Source of the DNA: Halobacteriales archaeon QH_7_69_31
Lineage (GTDB): Archaea; Halobacteriota; Halobacteria; Halobacteriales; Haloarculaceae
Assembly (NCBI GenBank): GCA_003021745.1
Contig: PXQY01000072.1
Coordinates: forward strand, 2,150-66,149
DNA: 64,000 nucleotides
Reading direction: 5' to 3'
Shown here piece by piece: positions 21,476 to 30,028 of this stretch (the stretch's first letter is position 1; each line of letters begins with the position of its first letter). Position numbers and translations under genes: made by a program. A model generated the notes under the pieces. The model was not told the DNA's origin. It did not search any database and saw nothing but the letters and a program-made list of their open reading frames with translations.

Positions 21476-21872
21476 CCTCGACCACCACGTAGCCGTCTCG
21501 CCGCCCGCTGTATCGGATGGCGTCCTCCGCCTGTAGATCCGACAGGGCCTCCTCGAGACGATCGTCGATGTCGTCGGTCGCGGCCGCCCGAATGTCATCC
21601 CAGTCGGCGACCCCCTCGGATTCGAGGACGTCGAGAACACTGTCTTTCAGCCCGCTACCCCCAGGGTTAGCGGCCGGAGAACCCCGTTCCTCGGACAGCT
21701 CCGCGCCCTCGGTGCCACTACCGTCGAGATCGAAGCTCCGACGGCCTGCCTGTACCATCGAGCGGACGTATTCGGCCTGGCTCATGTCCATCTCGTCAGC
21801 CTCATCCCGCCACACCTCTCGCTGGGCGGCCGGCACGTAGGTCTGGACCGACACGCGGTCGTTCCCTGCCAT
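21465..21872 (-). CDS. DUF5805-like protein (RHH-like N-terminus, wHTH-like C-terminus), coupled to the recombinase
   Basis: VQTYVPAAQREVWRDEADEMDMSQAEYVRSMVQAGRR; overlaps the recombinase start. Confidence 0.8.
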   Translation of the reverse strand: MAGNDRVSVQTYVPAAQREVWRDEADEMDMSQAEYVRSMVQAGRRSFDLDGSGTEGAELSEERGSPAANPGGSGLKDSVLDVLESEGVADWDDIRAAATDDIDDRLEEALSDLQAEDAIRYSGRRDGYVVVEDGG

Positions 21873-21910
21873 GGCCGGGTCTACAGACGCCAGGAGTAAG
21901 AAAGTACGTC

Positions 21911-21944
21911 AGACAAATCGATAAAGACCCTTATCGATCTGTCT
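21911..21944. promoter_or_regulatory. dif-like site or operator: 14-bp inverted arms with a 6-bp spacer
   Basis: AGACAAATCGATAA-AGACCC-TTATCGATCTGTCT (13/14 arm match), about 40 bp upstream of the DUF5805-recombinase operon. Confidence 0.6.
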
Positions 21945-22583
21945 AAGTCATATGTCAGAGTCCATATCGTCTTATATCTATCTCAATGGGTTAAACGGCT
22001 ACGAAAGTTTGGATTTGACGATAAACACTCCGCCATTCCTGGGATAATACGGTGGGCCATGTAACGCTATGCCACCGAATTGGTTTCATTGCCTCAATAG
22101 TGTGCCCCGTGACGGTCAGCGACGCCTCCAATCCCGATGTCCCTCTGAAAGCGCATACAGGATCCATATACCTGTCTCGGTATTCTGCCCGCGGGTGACT
22201 CATTCATTCGCTTGGCCGGGTAACCGGTATTCGGACCGGCCCCGGGAATTCGGGTCATTCTCACCCGGTAGGGGTCGTGCGCCGTATGGACTCTCTACAC
22301 GCCGTCTGTCCATCGTAACGAGTAACGGGGATTAAGCCCACCGTTCGGCTCTCTTCGAAGGTGGACTCTTGATTTCGCCCCAATCAATTATCGGCCGATG
22401 GGCTCACGGGTTATCCCATCTCTTTCGGTTACCGATCCGTCCAACATGTCAGATGCACATCGTTCAGTATCCAACTCGTAAACTATATACTGCTATATCC
22501 AACGGATGGCCTGTCAAGTTGAGGCTACATCGGATTTAACAGCCCTATGATGCGTGATTCCCCTGAACGAAACCTCCGAGACG

Positions 22584-22932
22584 CTATTGTAGTCCTTCGA
22601 TGAGGGCAGCCACCGCCTCCTCAACAAGATCGCTGTCGAGACGTTCTTGCCAGAAGTCGAGATCCTCGTGATCTATCGATTGGACGCCCCACGGGACGAT
22701 CCGACTCTCGTCCGGCATCCCACCGCGAAGCCAACTCCCTCCAGGGATGTCGATCAGTTCGTTCATCCAAGATTTCGTCGTCAACGTGAGCGTGATATAC
22801 TGCTCACCGTGAAACGGACGGCCTTGATGGTTCGAGAGAATAAGCCAGGGCCGAGCGTCTTCCTCTCCTTTAAGGGTCATCACCGTAGATGATGTCGCCT
22901 CGCTCGAAGATCGGTGTCTCATCGTCGGTCAC
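22584..22932 (-). pseudogene. PemK/MazF-like toxin, frameshifted
   Basis: GTG at 22932 reads MTDDETPIFERGDIIYGDDP-stop; another frame continues KGEEDARPWLILSN...LTLTT; shift near 22872. Confidence 0.7.
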
Positions 22933-23300
22933 TGGTCGTCCTCAACGCTCGGGTGTGGTTCCTGCGGTGCATGATCGCGCCAGGAACCCTTGTCCTCCGC
23001 ACCCAATTGGTCGTTGAACAGAGCCATTGCTCGTTCGTACCCGCTGTATCGGCCAAGGCGCTCAGCGTCGTCAGTCACCGCCCAATACGTCGCCTTGTGC
23101 TCGACCAGACCACGGTCCTTCAATCGAGAGAGCGCGGTGCTGACTGTGCCTTCGTCGACGCCGATCTTGGAGGCGATTTCGCGGGCCTTGAACGCGCGAT
23201 CGTCGTGAGCGGCGAGAAACCCCAGGACTTGATCCGGCACGGAGAGTTCTTCGAGTTCGTCCTCGCTCGAGTTCTCGAAGGTATGTCGGTCGATGGACAT
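22929..23300 (-). CDS. HTH (MarR-like) protein, putative antitoxin
   Basis: AFKAREIASKIGVDEGTVSTALSRLKDRGLV; GTGA overlap with the toxin-like gene. Confidence 0.8.
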   Translation of the reverse strand: MSIDRHTFENSSEDELEELSVPDQVLGFLAAHDDRAFKAREIASKIGVDEGTVSTALSRLKDRGLVEHKATYWAVTDDAERLGRYSGYERAMALFNDQLGAEDKGSWRDHAPQEPHPSVEDDQ

Positions 23301-23386
23301 CGTCGAATGGGAGTACGGTATCCGATGTAAAGAGTGTTAAGAGCGAAACCTACGAAAACTTCCGGATCACAGCAGTGGACTGCTCG

Positions 23387-24517
23387 TCACCCGTCGGGGT
23401 GGCCGTCCTGGGGGAACCACGCCAGGTCGTGGTCGGCGGCCAACCGGACACGGACGTCGTCGCCCAGCGACACCCTGTCGGCGTGGTTGTGCATACACCC
23501 CACTACGTCGCCGTTGCCCAGCTGGACTCGGTAGAGGACGGTCGGTCCGAGGTAGCGGCGGTGGATCACCTCGCCGTTGCCGGCTCCGCGGTCGGCGACC
23601 GTTGCGCGGACGTCGTCGGGCCGCACCATGAGGTCGATGGCGGACCCGCTGTAGACCTCGGTGAGACCGTCGACCCGCTCGAGGGGGACAGCGCCGAGGG
23701 CGGTGTCGACGCAGCTCTCCCTGACCGCGCCGGAGACGAAGGCGGCGTGGCCGAGGAAGCCGGCGACGAACCGCGAGGTGGGCTGCTGGAAGACGGCCTC
23801 CGGGGTGCCGACCTGCTCGATGCGGCCGCCGCTCATGACGGCCACGCGGTCGGATATCGACATCGCCTCCTCCTGGTCGTGGGTGACCGAGACCGCCGTC
23901 ACGCCCGCCGCCGTCAGGATGTCCCGGACCTCCTCGCGCATCCGCACGCGGGTGTCGACGTCGAGACTCGAGAACGGCTCGTCCAACAGCAGGAGGCTGG
24001 GCTCCGGGGCCAGCGACCGGGCGAGGGCGACCCGCTGCTGCTGGCCGCCGGAGAGGTCCCCCGGCGGCTTGTCCGCGTGGGCTTCCAGCCCGACAAGGTC
24101 GAGCAGTTCCTCGACGCGCGCGGAGCGCTCGGGTTCGTCCCAGTCGTCGATGCCGAACGCGACGTTCTCGCGCGCCGAGAGGTGCGGGAACAGCGCGAAC
24201 TCCTGGAAGACGACGCCGACGTCGCGGTCCTCCGGCGCGGTGAACCCCCGGCCGGACACAGGTTCGCCCCCGAGCCGGACCGTTCCGTCGTCGGGCCGTT
24301 CCAGCCCGGCGATCAGTCGGAGCGTCGTCGTCTTGCCGCACCCCGACGGCCCCAACAGCGTGAGGAGTTCGCCGTCGCGGACCGAAAGCGAGAGGTCACG
24401 GATGACCCCGGTCCCGTCGTAGGCCTTCCGGAGCCCGTCGAGTTCCAGGACGGTCTCGCGGTCCTCGCCCGCGTCGTACTCCAGTCCCGGACTCGTCGGG
24501 ACGGTCCCGCTAGACAC
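23387..24517 (-). CDS. ABC transporter ATP-binding protein (FbpC/PotA type, TOBE domain)
   Basis: GPSGCGKT, LSGGQQQR, LLLDEP, VTHDQEEA. Confidence 0.92.
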   Translation of the reverse strand: MSSGTVPTSPGLEYDAGEDRETVLELDGLRKAYDGTGVIRDLSLSVRDGELLTLLGPSGCGKTTTLRLIAGLERPDDGTVRLGGEPVSGRGFTAPEDRDVGVVFQEFALFPHLSARENVAFGIDDWDEPERSARVEELLDLVGLEAHADKPPGDLSGGQQQRVALARSLAPEPSLLLLDEPFSSLDVDTRVRMREEVRDILTAAGVTAVSVTHDQEEAMSISDRVAVMSGGRIEQVGTPEAVFQQPTSRFVAGFLGHAAFVSGAVRESCVDTALGAVPLERVDGLTEVYSGSAIDLMVRPDDVRATVADRGAGNGEVIHRRYLGPTVLYRVQLGNGDVVGCMHNHADRVSLGDDVRVRLAADHDLAWFPQDGHPDG

Positions 24518-24576
24518 GGCACTCCCCTCGACAGTGCGGTATTCGGGGCGGCTCGTCGGCCATCGGCGGGGGTTTC

Positions 24577-24592
24577 TTTAGGCACGCCAAAA
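24577..24592. promoter_or_regulatory. DtxR/SirR-like palindromic operator
   Basis: TTTAGG-CACG-CCAAAA upstream of the ABC ATPase. Confidence 0.55.
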
Positions 24593-24671
24593 TAGCTTCC
24601 GCTCTCGCTGTCGTCCACCGCCGACCAGTGGGCGCCCGAACGCTTAGGGGCGTGCCACGCGACGCAGGATT

Positions 24672-25823
24672 ATGACCGAGGTGGCCGTCATCGGCGCTTC
24701 GATGACGCAGTTCGGCGAGCGCGACGCCTGGATCCGCGGGCTACTCGCGGAGGCCGGGCGGGCGTGTCTCGATGATGCCGGGGTCAACTCAGACGAGGTC
24801 GAGCACCTGTACGTCGCTAATATGGCGAGCGGCGAGTTCGAGGGCCGGACCGGCATCCAGAACGCCCTGGTCTCCGATCTGGCGGCCACGCCGGCGTACA
24901 CCCAGCGGGTCGACCAGACGTCCGCCTCGGGTGGCGCCGGCATCTACGCCGCCTGGCAATCCGTCGCCAGCGGCGCCGCCGACCTGACGCTGCTCGTCGG
25001 CGGCGAGAAGATGACCCACCGGACCACCGGCGAGTCGACCGATGTCATCGCCACCCTCACCCACCCGGTCGAGTACAAACACGGCGTGACGCTACCCTCG
25101 TTCGCGGGGCTTGCCGCCCGGCTCTACCTCGACCGGTATAACGCCCCCAGGGAGAGCCTCGCGGAGGTCGCGGTGAAGAACCACGCGAACGGCGCCCTGA
25201 ACCCCCACGCGCAGTTCCAGCGGGAGATCGACGTCGAGACCGCACTCGACTCGCCGATGGTCGCCGACCCCCTCCGGCTGTACGACTTCTGTCCGGTCAC
25301 CGACGGGGCCGCCGCGCTGCTGTTCTGTCCAGTCGATCGCGCGCGTGCGTACGCGGACCGGTTCGCCGTCGTCTCCGGGGTGGCTGGCGCGACCGACACG
25401 CACGTCGTCCACGAGCGCGCCGACCCGACGACGATGGGGGCGGTCGTCGACTCGGGCGAGGCGGCCTTCGAGATGGCCGGCCGCGATCCGGCGGACGTCG
25501 ACGTGGCCGAACTTCACGACATGTTCACCATCCTGGAGTTCCTCCAGCTGGAGGGCCTCGGGTTTGCAGCGCCGGGTGAGGCCTGGCGGATGGCGACGGA
25601 GGGACGGACGGCACTCGACGGCGACCTGCCGGTCAACCCCTCCGGCGGCCTGAAGTCGAAGGGCCACCCGCTCGGCGCGACCGGGGTCGCCCAGGCCTAC
25701 GAGCTGTACGTCCAGCTCGTCGGCGACGCCGGCGAACGGAGCGTCGGGGCCGACGTCGGCCTCGCCTGCAACGTCGGCGGGTTCGGCAACTGCGTCACCA
25801 CGACGGTCATGGAGGCCGGCTGA
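24672..25823 (+). CDS. Thiolase-family protein (SCP-x/AcaB-like)
   Basis: AVKNH, LYDFCPVTDGAAA, ELHD, NPSGGLKSKGHPLGATG. Confidence 0.92.
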   Translation: MTEVAVIGASMTQFGERDAWIRGLLAEAGRACLDDAGVNSDEVEHLYVANMASGEFEGRTGIQNALVSDLAATPAYTQRVDQTSASGGAGIYAAWQSVASGAADLTLLVGGEKMTHRTTGESTDVIATLTHPVEYKHGVTLPSFAGLAARLYLDRYNAPRESLAEVAVKNHANGALNPHAQFQREIDVETALDSPMVADPLRLYDFCPVTDGAAALLFCPVDRARAYADRFAVVSGVAGATDTHVVHERADPTTMGAVVDSGEAAFEMAGRDPADVDVAELHDMFTILEFLQLEGLGFAAPGEAWRMATEGRTALDGDLPVNPSGGLKSKGHPLGATGVAQAYELYVQLVGDAGERSVGADVGLACNVGGFGNCVTTTVMEAG

Positions 25824-25825
25824 CC

Positions 25826-26179
25826 ATGGAGGCCTACCGGTACGCGGACGGTACCATCACCTACCCCGGCCACCCGGTCGGGCCCGACGGCAGCGAGCCC
25901 GTCGCCACGATCGACCTGAGAGAGTACATCGCCGAGGTTCTGACATGGACCACCGCGTCTGTCTCCCCGCCGGGCGTCCGCGAACCCAACCACCTCGCGA
26001 TCGTCGAGTTCGACGTCGACGGCACGCCGGTGCGGGCCATCGGCCAGCTGACGACCGGCGACGTCGCCATCGGCGATGAGGTCCGGCCGGTGTACTGTGA
26101 CCAGCTCCGGGACCCGTCCGCCGGCATCCGCGAGGCCGACAGCCAGGAGTGGGACGGCTACCGTTTCAAGCCCGTGTAG
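25826..26179 (+). CDS. OB-fold (DUF35-like) thiolase partner
   Basis: TYPGHP, PPGVREPN, IGQLT; directly follows the thiolase. Confidence 0.8.
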   Translation: MEAYRYADGTITYPGHPVGPDGSEPVATIDLREYIAEVLTWTTASVSPPGVREPNHLAIVEFDVDGTPVRAIGQLTTGDVAIGDEVRPVYCDQLRDPSAGIREADSQEWDGYRFKPV

Positions 26180-26218
26180 TGAGCCGTCCACCGTTGGCCC
26201 GAACCGCCAGGCACGGGT

Positions 26219-26830
26219 TCACGACCCGGCGGTGTCGCCATCCTCGTTCCCGCCGCCATCCCCCGAGTCGTCCCCCCGGTCGGCCTCGCGGCGAAGGGTG
26301 TCCAGTTCCTCCTCGACGTCGACCTCGACCGGGCCGCCGGGCCCGCTCTCCTCGACCCGCCGCGACTCCGCGTCGTCGCCCGTTACTCCGGGACCCGTCC
26401 CGGAGCCGGATGCCCGGTCCGTCGCGTCTGCTAGCCGCTCGTCGACCTCCGCCCGGAGGGTCCGGGCCTCCGACAACAGCCGTTGGACCTGGGGGTCGTC
26501 GGGGGCTCCGCCGTCGGCGGCCTCCTGGAGCTCCGCGAGGGCAGCGTCGAGCCGCTCCAGGGTCGCCCGGCTCGCAGCTGCCAGGCCGTCTGCGCCCGTC
26601 TCCACGGCCCTGCGACCCGTCTCGATGCTGTCATGGTCGCGGTCGACGGCGTCCAGCGGCCGGCCGTCGGCGACGCGGATGGCGGCCGCGAGCAGCTCCA
26701 GCATGCGGACGTTCGTCTCCAGGACGGCGACGAGTGCGGGGATGGTTTCCTGTTCGGTGAACCGGAGCAGCTCCCGCGGGCTCGGCGGGCGGAACCGCAA
26801 TGGAAACGCTTTCGTGAACCACGCCAGCAC
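26219..26830 (-). CDS. Conserved haloarchaeal hypothetical protein (start uncertain)
   Basis: RPPSPRELLRFT..TIPAL.A.LE.N motif and VDVEEELDTL C-terminal motif; N-terminus looks atypical. Confidence 0.6.
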   Translation of the reverse strand: MLAWFTKAFPLRFRPPSPRELLRFTEQETIPALVAVLETNVRMLELLAAAIRVADGRPLDAVDRDHDSIETGRRAVETGADGLAAASRATLERLDAALAELQEAADGGAPDDPQVQRLLSEARTLRAEVDERLADATDRASGSGTGPGVTGDDAESRRVEESGPGGPVEVDVEEELDTLRREADRGDDSGDGGGNEDGDTAGS

Positions 26831-27120
26831 GTTGGTCAGGCGACACTTTCCTTCCCCAGGTGGTCGGCGACAGCGTCATAGCCCCCCCGCCGGCGGGCGA
26901 CGTCACCTCGCGGGCGGGCGACCTCGAGGCAAAGACTAGGATCACGCCCGCGAGGACGCCACGCTCCGGGTCTGATTCGACCCCCCGGCCGTGCATCGCG
27001 GCGACGGACCAACCAACGCTCGCAACAGCGGTGTCGTCCATCCGGTATGAAGGTCGTTGAGCGACTGCATCCACGAGACTGCGACCGACTCACTATCGGG
27101 GCGTCCGGTGGGAATCCGTG

Positions 27121-27669
27121 TCAGTGGGTCGCGGACTCGAGCACGAGGGTGTCGTCCTCGAGGTAGTGCTCGAGGTGGTGGGCGTGCTCCTCGAGGGTCA
27201 CCAGTTCCGCCCGGAGGATATCCTCGGTGACGAAGTCGCCCAAGTCGTGGGCGAGCGCGACGTGGTCCCGCATCGTCTCGATGGTCGCCGCCATCATCTC
27301 CACGTCGTTCCGCAGGGACGTCCGGACGTCGTAGAGGTCCGGGCCCTCGGGGTCGAATGGGGCGTGCGCCTCGAAGGTCGCGCCGCCCGAAAGCGGCACC
27401 CCGCCGATGGCCTGGGCCCGCTCGGCGAACTCGTCGGCCGCGCGTTCGACGTCGGCGGCCTCCTCACCGAGGTACTCGTGGAGCTGGAGGAACTCCGCGC
27501 CCTCCACGTTCCAGTGGTGTTTCTTCAGCTGGTGGTAGAGTACGTAGCTCGCTGCGAGATCGGTGTTGAGTGCATCGATCACCTGCACCGTGCGGTCCTC
27601 GTCGATCCGGAGGGCCTCGCTGCCCTCGACGCTGTCCGCCGTTCGACGGACGGTCTCCTGTGTACTCAT
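27121..27669 (-). CDS. dpsA: DNA starvation/stationary-phase protection protein DpsA
   Basis: YHQLKKHHWNVEGAEF..LH, DEFAER, HHLEHYLEDDTL. Confidence 0.95.
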   Translation of the reverse strand: MSTQETVRRTADSVEGSEALRIDEDRTVQVIDALNTDLAASYVLYHQLKKHHWNVEGAEFLQLHEYLGEEAADVERAADEFAERAQAIGGVPLSGGATFEAHAPFDPEGPDLYDVRTSLRNDVEMMAATIETMRDHVALAHDLGDFVTEDILRAELVTLEEHAHHLEHYLEDDTLVLESATH

Positions 27670-27722
27670 GCAGCAGCAACTACTCGCGGAGCGGGCTTAA
27701 GACTTTTCGTTACACGAACTAG

Positions 27723-27740
27723 TTTTTGGCTATCCAAAAA
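27723..27740. promoter_or_regulatory. DtxR/SirR-like palindrome upstream of dpsA
   Basis: TTTTTGG-CTAT-CCAAAAA perfect inverted repeat. Confidence 0.55.
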
Positions 27741-27953
27741 ATCGATTCGTGATAGGAGAATGTACCGGTCCCGACCGCCTCACTCTCTCTTCCAGCCGGC
27801 AGCCGGCCGTTACGTTGTCGGCCTGGGGGCGGTCGGCAGAGCGTCTGTTGCGGTTCGACGGCCCATCGAGACTTCGGCCCGCGGAATCGGCCGGTGGCAT
27901 GTTGCCCAGTGGCACCTGTACGGTCCGGGGGCCGTTCGCACCCTCGAGGGCGT

Positions 27954-27970
27954 TCGAAAGGGCTTATATG
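27954..27970 (+). promoter_or_regulatory. BRE/TATA promoter of the rpl7ae operon
   Basis: CGAAAGGGCTTATATG archaeal BRE-TATA pattern. Confidence 0.55.
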
Positions 27971-28138
27971 CGGGGATGCAGTACTGCAGGGTACAACCTA
28001 CGCGGGGTTGTGAGGCTCCTAGCCGGATCCAAGGACACCCGCGCCGGTTACGGCGCGAGGTCCGTCGGGCGGGTCGCCCGTGCGACGGTCGACGGCGGGG
28101 GAGTGCGAGCCCACGCGTGGGAGGAGCAACTACGACAA

Positions 28139-28501
28139 ATGTCAGTATACGTTGATTTCGACGTCCCGGCGGACCTCGCCGACGACGCCATCGAGGCGCT
28201 CGAGGTCGCCCGGGACACCGGGACCGTCAAGAAGGGCACGAACGAGACGACGAAGGCCGTAGAGCGCGGCAACGCCGAACTCGTATACGTCGCCGAGGAC
28301 GTAAGCCCCGAGGAGGTCGTCATGCACCTCCCCGAGATCGCCGACGAGAAGGACACGCCCTACGTCTTCATCGAGGCCCAGGACGACGTGGGCCACGCCG
28401 CCGGCCTGGAGGTCGGCAGCGCCGCGGCGGCCGTCGTCGACGCCGGCGACGCCGACGGCGACGTCGAGGACATCGCGGAGAAGCTCGAGGAGCTCCGGTA
28501 G
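28139..28501 (+). CDS. rpl7ae: 50S ribosomal protein L7Ae
   Basis: [28 protein letters not shown]. Confidence 0.97.
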   Translation: MSVYVDFDVPADLADDAIEALEVARDTGTVKKGTNETTKAVERGNAELVYVAEDVSPEEVVMHLPEIADEKDTPYVFIEAQDDVGHAAGLEVGSAAAAVVDAGDADGDVEDIAEKLEELR

Positions 28502-28503
28502 GG

Positions 28504-28734
28504 ATGAGCGCCGAAGACGACGGAGGGGGCGGCGGCGCGACCCCCGCCGAAGTGATCGAGGTCGTCGGCAAGACCGGCATGCACGGCGAGGCCATGCAGG
28601 TCAAGTGCCGGATCAAGGAGGGCGAAAACCAGGGCCGCATCATCGCCCGGAACGTCCTCGGCCCGGTCCGCGTCGGCGACGTGCTCCAGCTCCGCGAGAC
28701 GGCCCGCGAGGCCGACGCCATCGGGGGGCAGTAA
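28504..28734 (+). CDS. rps28e: 30S ribosomal protein S28e
   Basis: [25 protein letters not shown]. Confidence 0.97.
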   Translation: MSAEDDGGGGGATPAEVIEVVGKTGMHGEAMQVKCRIKEGENQGRIIARNVLGPVRVGDVLQLRETAREADAIGGQ

Positions 28735-28736
28735 CG

Positions 28737-29447
28737 ATGCCGCAGACCGGCGCGTGCGACTACTGCGGGGCCGACATCGAGCCGGGCACCGGCACGATGT
28801 TCGTCACCACGACCGGCGCCGTCACGCACTTCTGCTCGGCCAAGTGCGAGAAGAACGCCGACCTCGGCCGGGAGCCACGCGACCTAGCGTGGACCGAGGC
28901 CGGCGGCGGCAGGGGCGAGCCCGCCGGGGCCGACGAGCCCGAGCCGGAGCCCGAAGCCGAACCGGCGCCGGAGCCGACAGAGTCCGAACCCGAGCCGGAG
29001 CCGGAACCCGAAGTCGAAGCCGAACAGGCGTCGGAACCGGAGACCGGGTCCGAACCGGAGCCGGAGCCGGCGCAGGAGACCGAGTTCGAACAGGCGTCTG
29101 AGCCCGAGGTCGATGCCGAGACGCCCGACCTTGAGTCCGCGGAAGCGACCGACGGAGCCGAGGCCGAACCGGGCCCTGACGAGGCCGACAGCGGTTCCGA
29201 TTCCGCGGCGTCGGAGCCTGCGGGTGGAGCCGAGGCGGCGTCGGAGAAGCCGGAGTCGGCATCGGAGGAATCTGAGCCGGCGGAACTGGAGTCGGATGAA
29301 CCGGAGTCGGATGAACCGCCGGAACCGGAGTCGGAGGCTGAGCCCGAGGTCGACGCGGCCGTAGTCGAGGCGGACGACGGGTCGACTGCCGAGGGGGAGG
29401 AGTCCGAGGAGACGGCGGACGCCGACGACGAGGAGGCCCAGGCCTGA
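28737..29447 (+). CDS. rpl24e: 50S ribosomal protein L24e with a long acidic C-terminal tail
   Basis: [13 protein letters not shown]...[18 protein letters not shown] followed by about 175 aa rich in E/P/A/S. Confidence 0.93.
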   Translation: MPQTGACDYCGADIEPGTGTMFVTTTGAVTHFCSAKCEKNADLGREPRDLAWTEAGGGRGEPAGADEPEPEPEAEPAPEPTESEPEPEPEPEVEAEQASEPETGSEPEPEPAQETEFEQASEPEVDAETPDLESAEATDGAEAEPGPDEADSGSDSAASEPAGGAEAASEKPESASEESEPAELESDEPESDEPPEPESEAEPEVDAAVVEADDGSTAEGEESEETADADDEEAQA

Positions 29448-29908
29448 TGGCCGACGTCGAGCGGACGTTCGTGATGGTAAAGCCCGACGGCGTCCAGCGC
29501 GGACTCGTCGGGGAGGTCGTCTCCCGGTTCGAAGAGCGGGGGCTGAAGCTGGTGGGCGGGACGTTCATGCGGATCGACGACGACCTGGCCGGCGAGCACT
29601 ACGCCGAGCACGTCGACGAGCCGTTCTTCGAGGAGCTCACGGACTTCATTACCTCCGGGCCCGTGTTCGCGATGGTGTGGGAGGGCGCCGACGCCGTCGC
29701 GCAGGTCCGGCGGATGATGGGCGAGACCGACCCCGCCGAATCCGCGCCGGGCACGATCCGCGGCGACCTCGGACTCGACCTCGGCCGGAACGTCGTCCAC
29801 GGCTCCGACACGGAACCGGGCTCCGCAGAGCGCGAGATCGAACTGTTCTTCGACGACGACGAACTGCTGGAGTACGAACGCATCGACGAGACCTGGCTAT
29901 ACGAATAG
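29447..29908 (+). CDS. ndk: Nucleoside diphosphate kinase
   Basis: [28 protein letters not shown]. Confidence 0.97.
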   Translation: MADVERTFVMVKPDGVQRGLVGEVVSRFEERGLKLVGGTFMRIDDDLAGEHYAEHVDEPFFEELTDFITSGPVFAMVWEGADAVAQVRRMMGETDPAESAPGTIRGDLGLDLGRNVVHGSDTEPGSAEREIELFFDDDELLEYERIDETWLYE

Positions 29909-30028
29909 CACCGACGCACCCCCGGGCCTTTGTTTGGCCCCGTTCCTTGCCGGCTTCCGGTCTCACATTCGGACGATAGCCTCGAGTCAGTGCCCGGCTT
30001 TTAGTCACGGCCGTCCTACTGACCGACA

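Noticed and set aside
20441-21872. Provirus or integrated plasmid
   Set aside because: No capsid, replication or conjugation genes and no flanking direct repeats seen; the recombinase operon looks host-like.
21950-22580. Possible replication origin or tRNA attachment site next to the recombinase
   Set aside because: No ORB-like GTTCCAGTGGAAAC/G-string motif, no cdc6/orc gene and no cloverleaf recognised.
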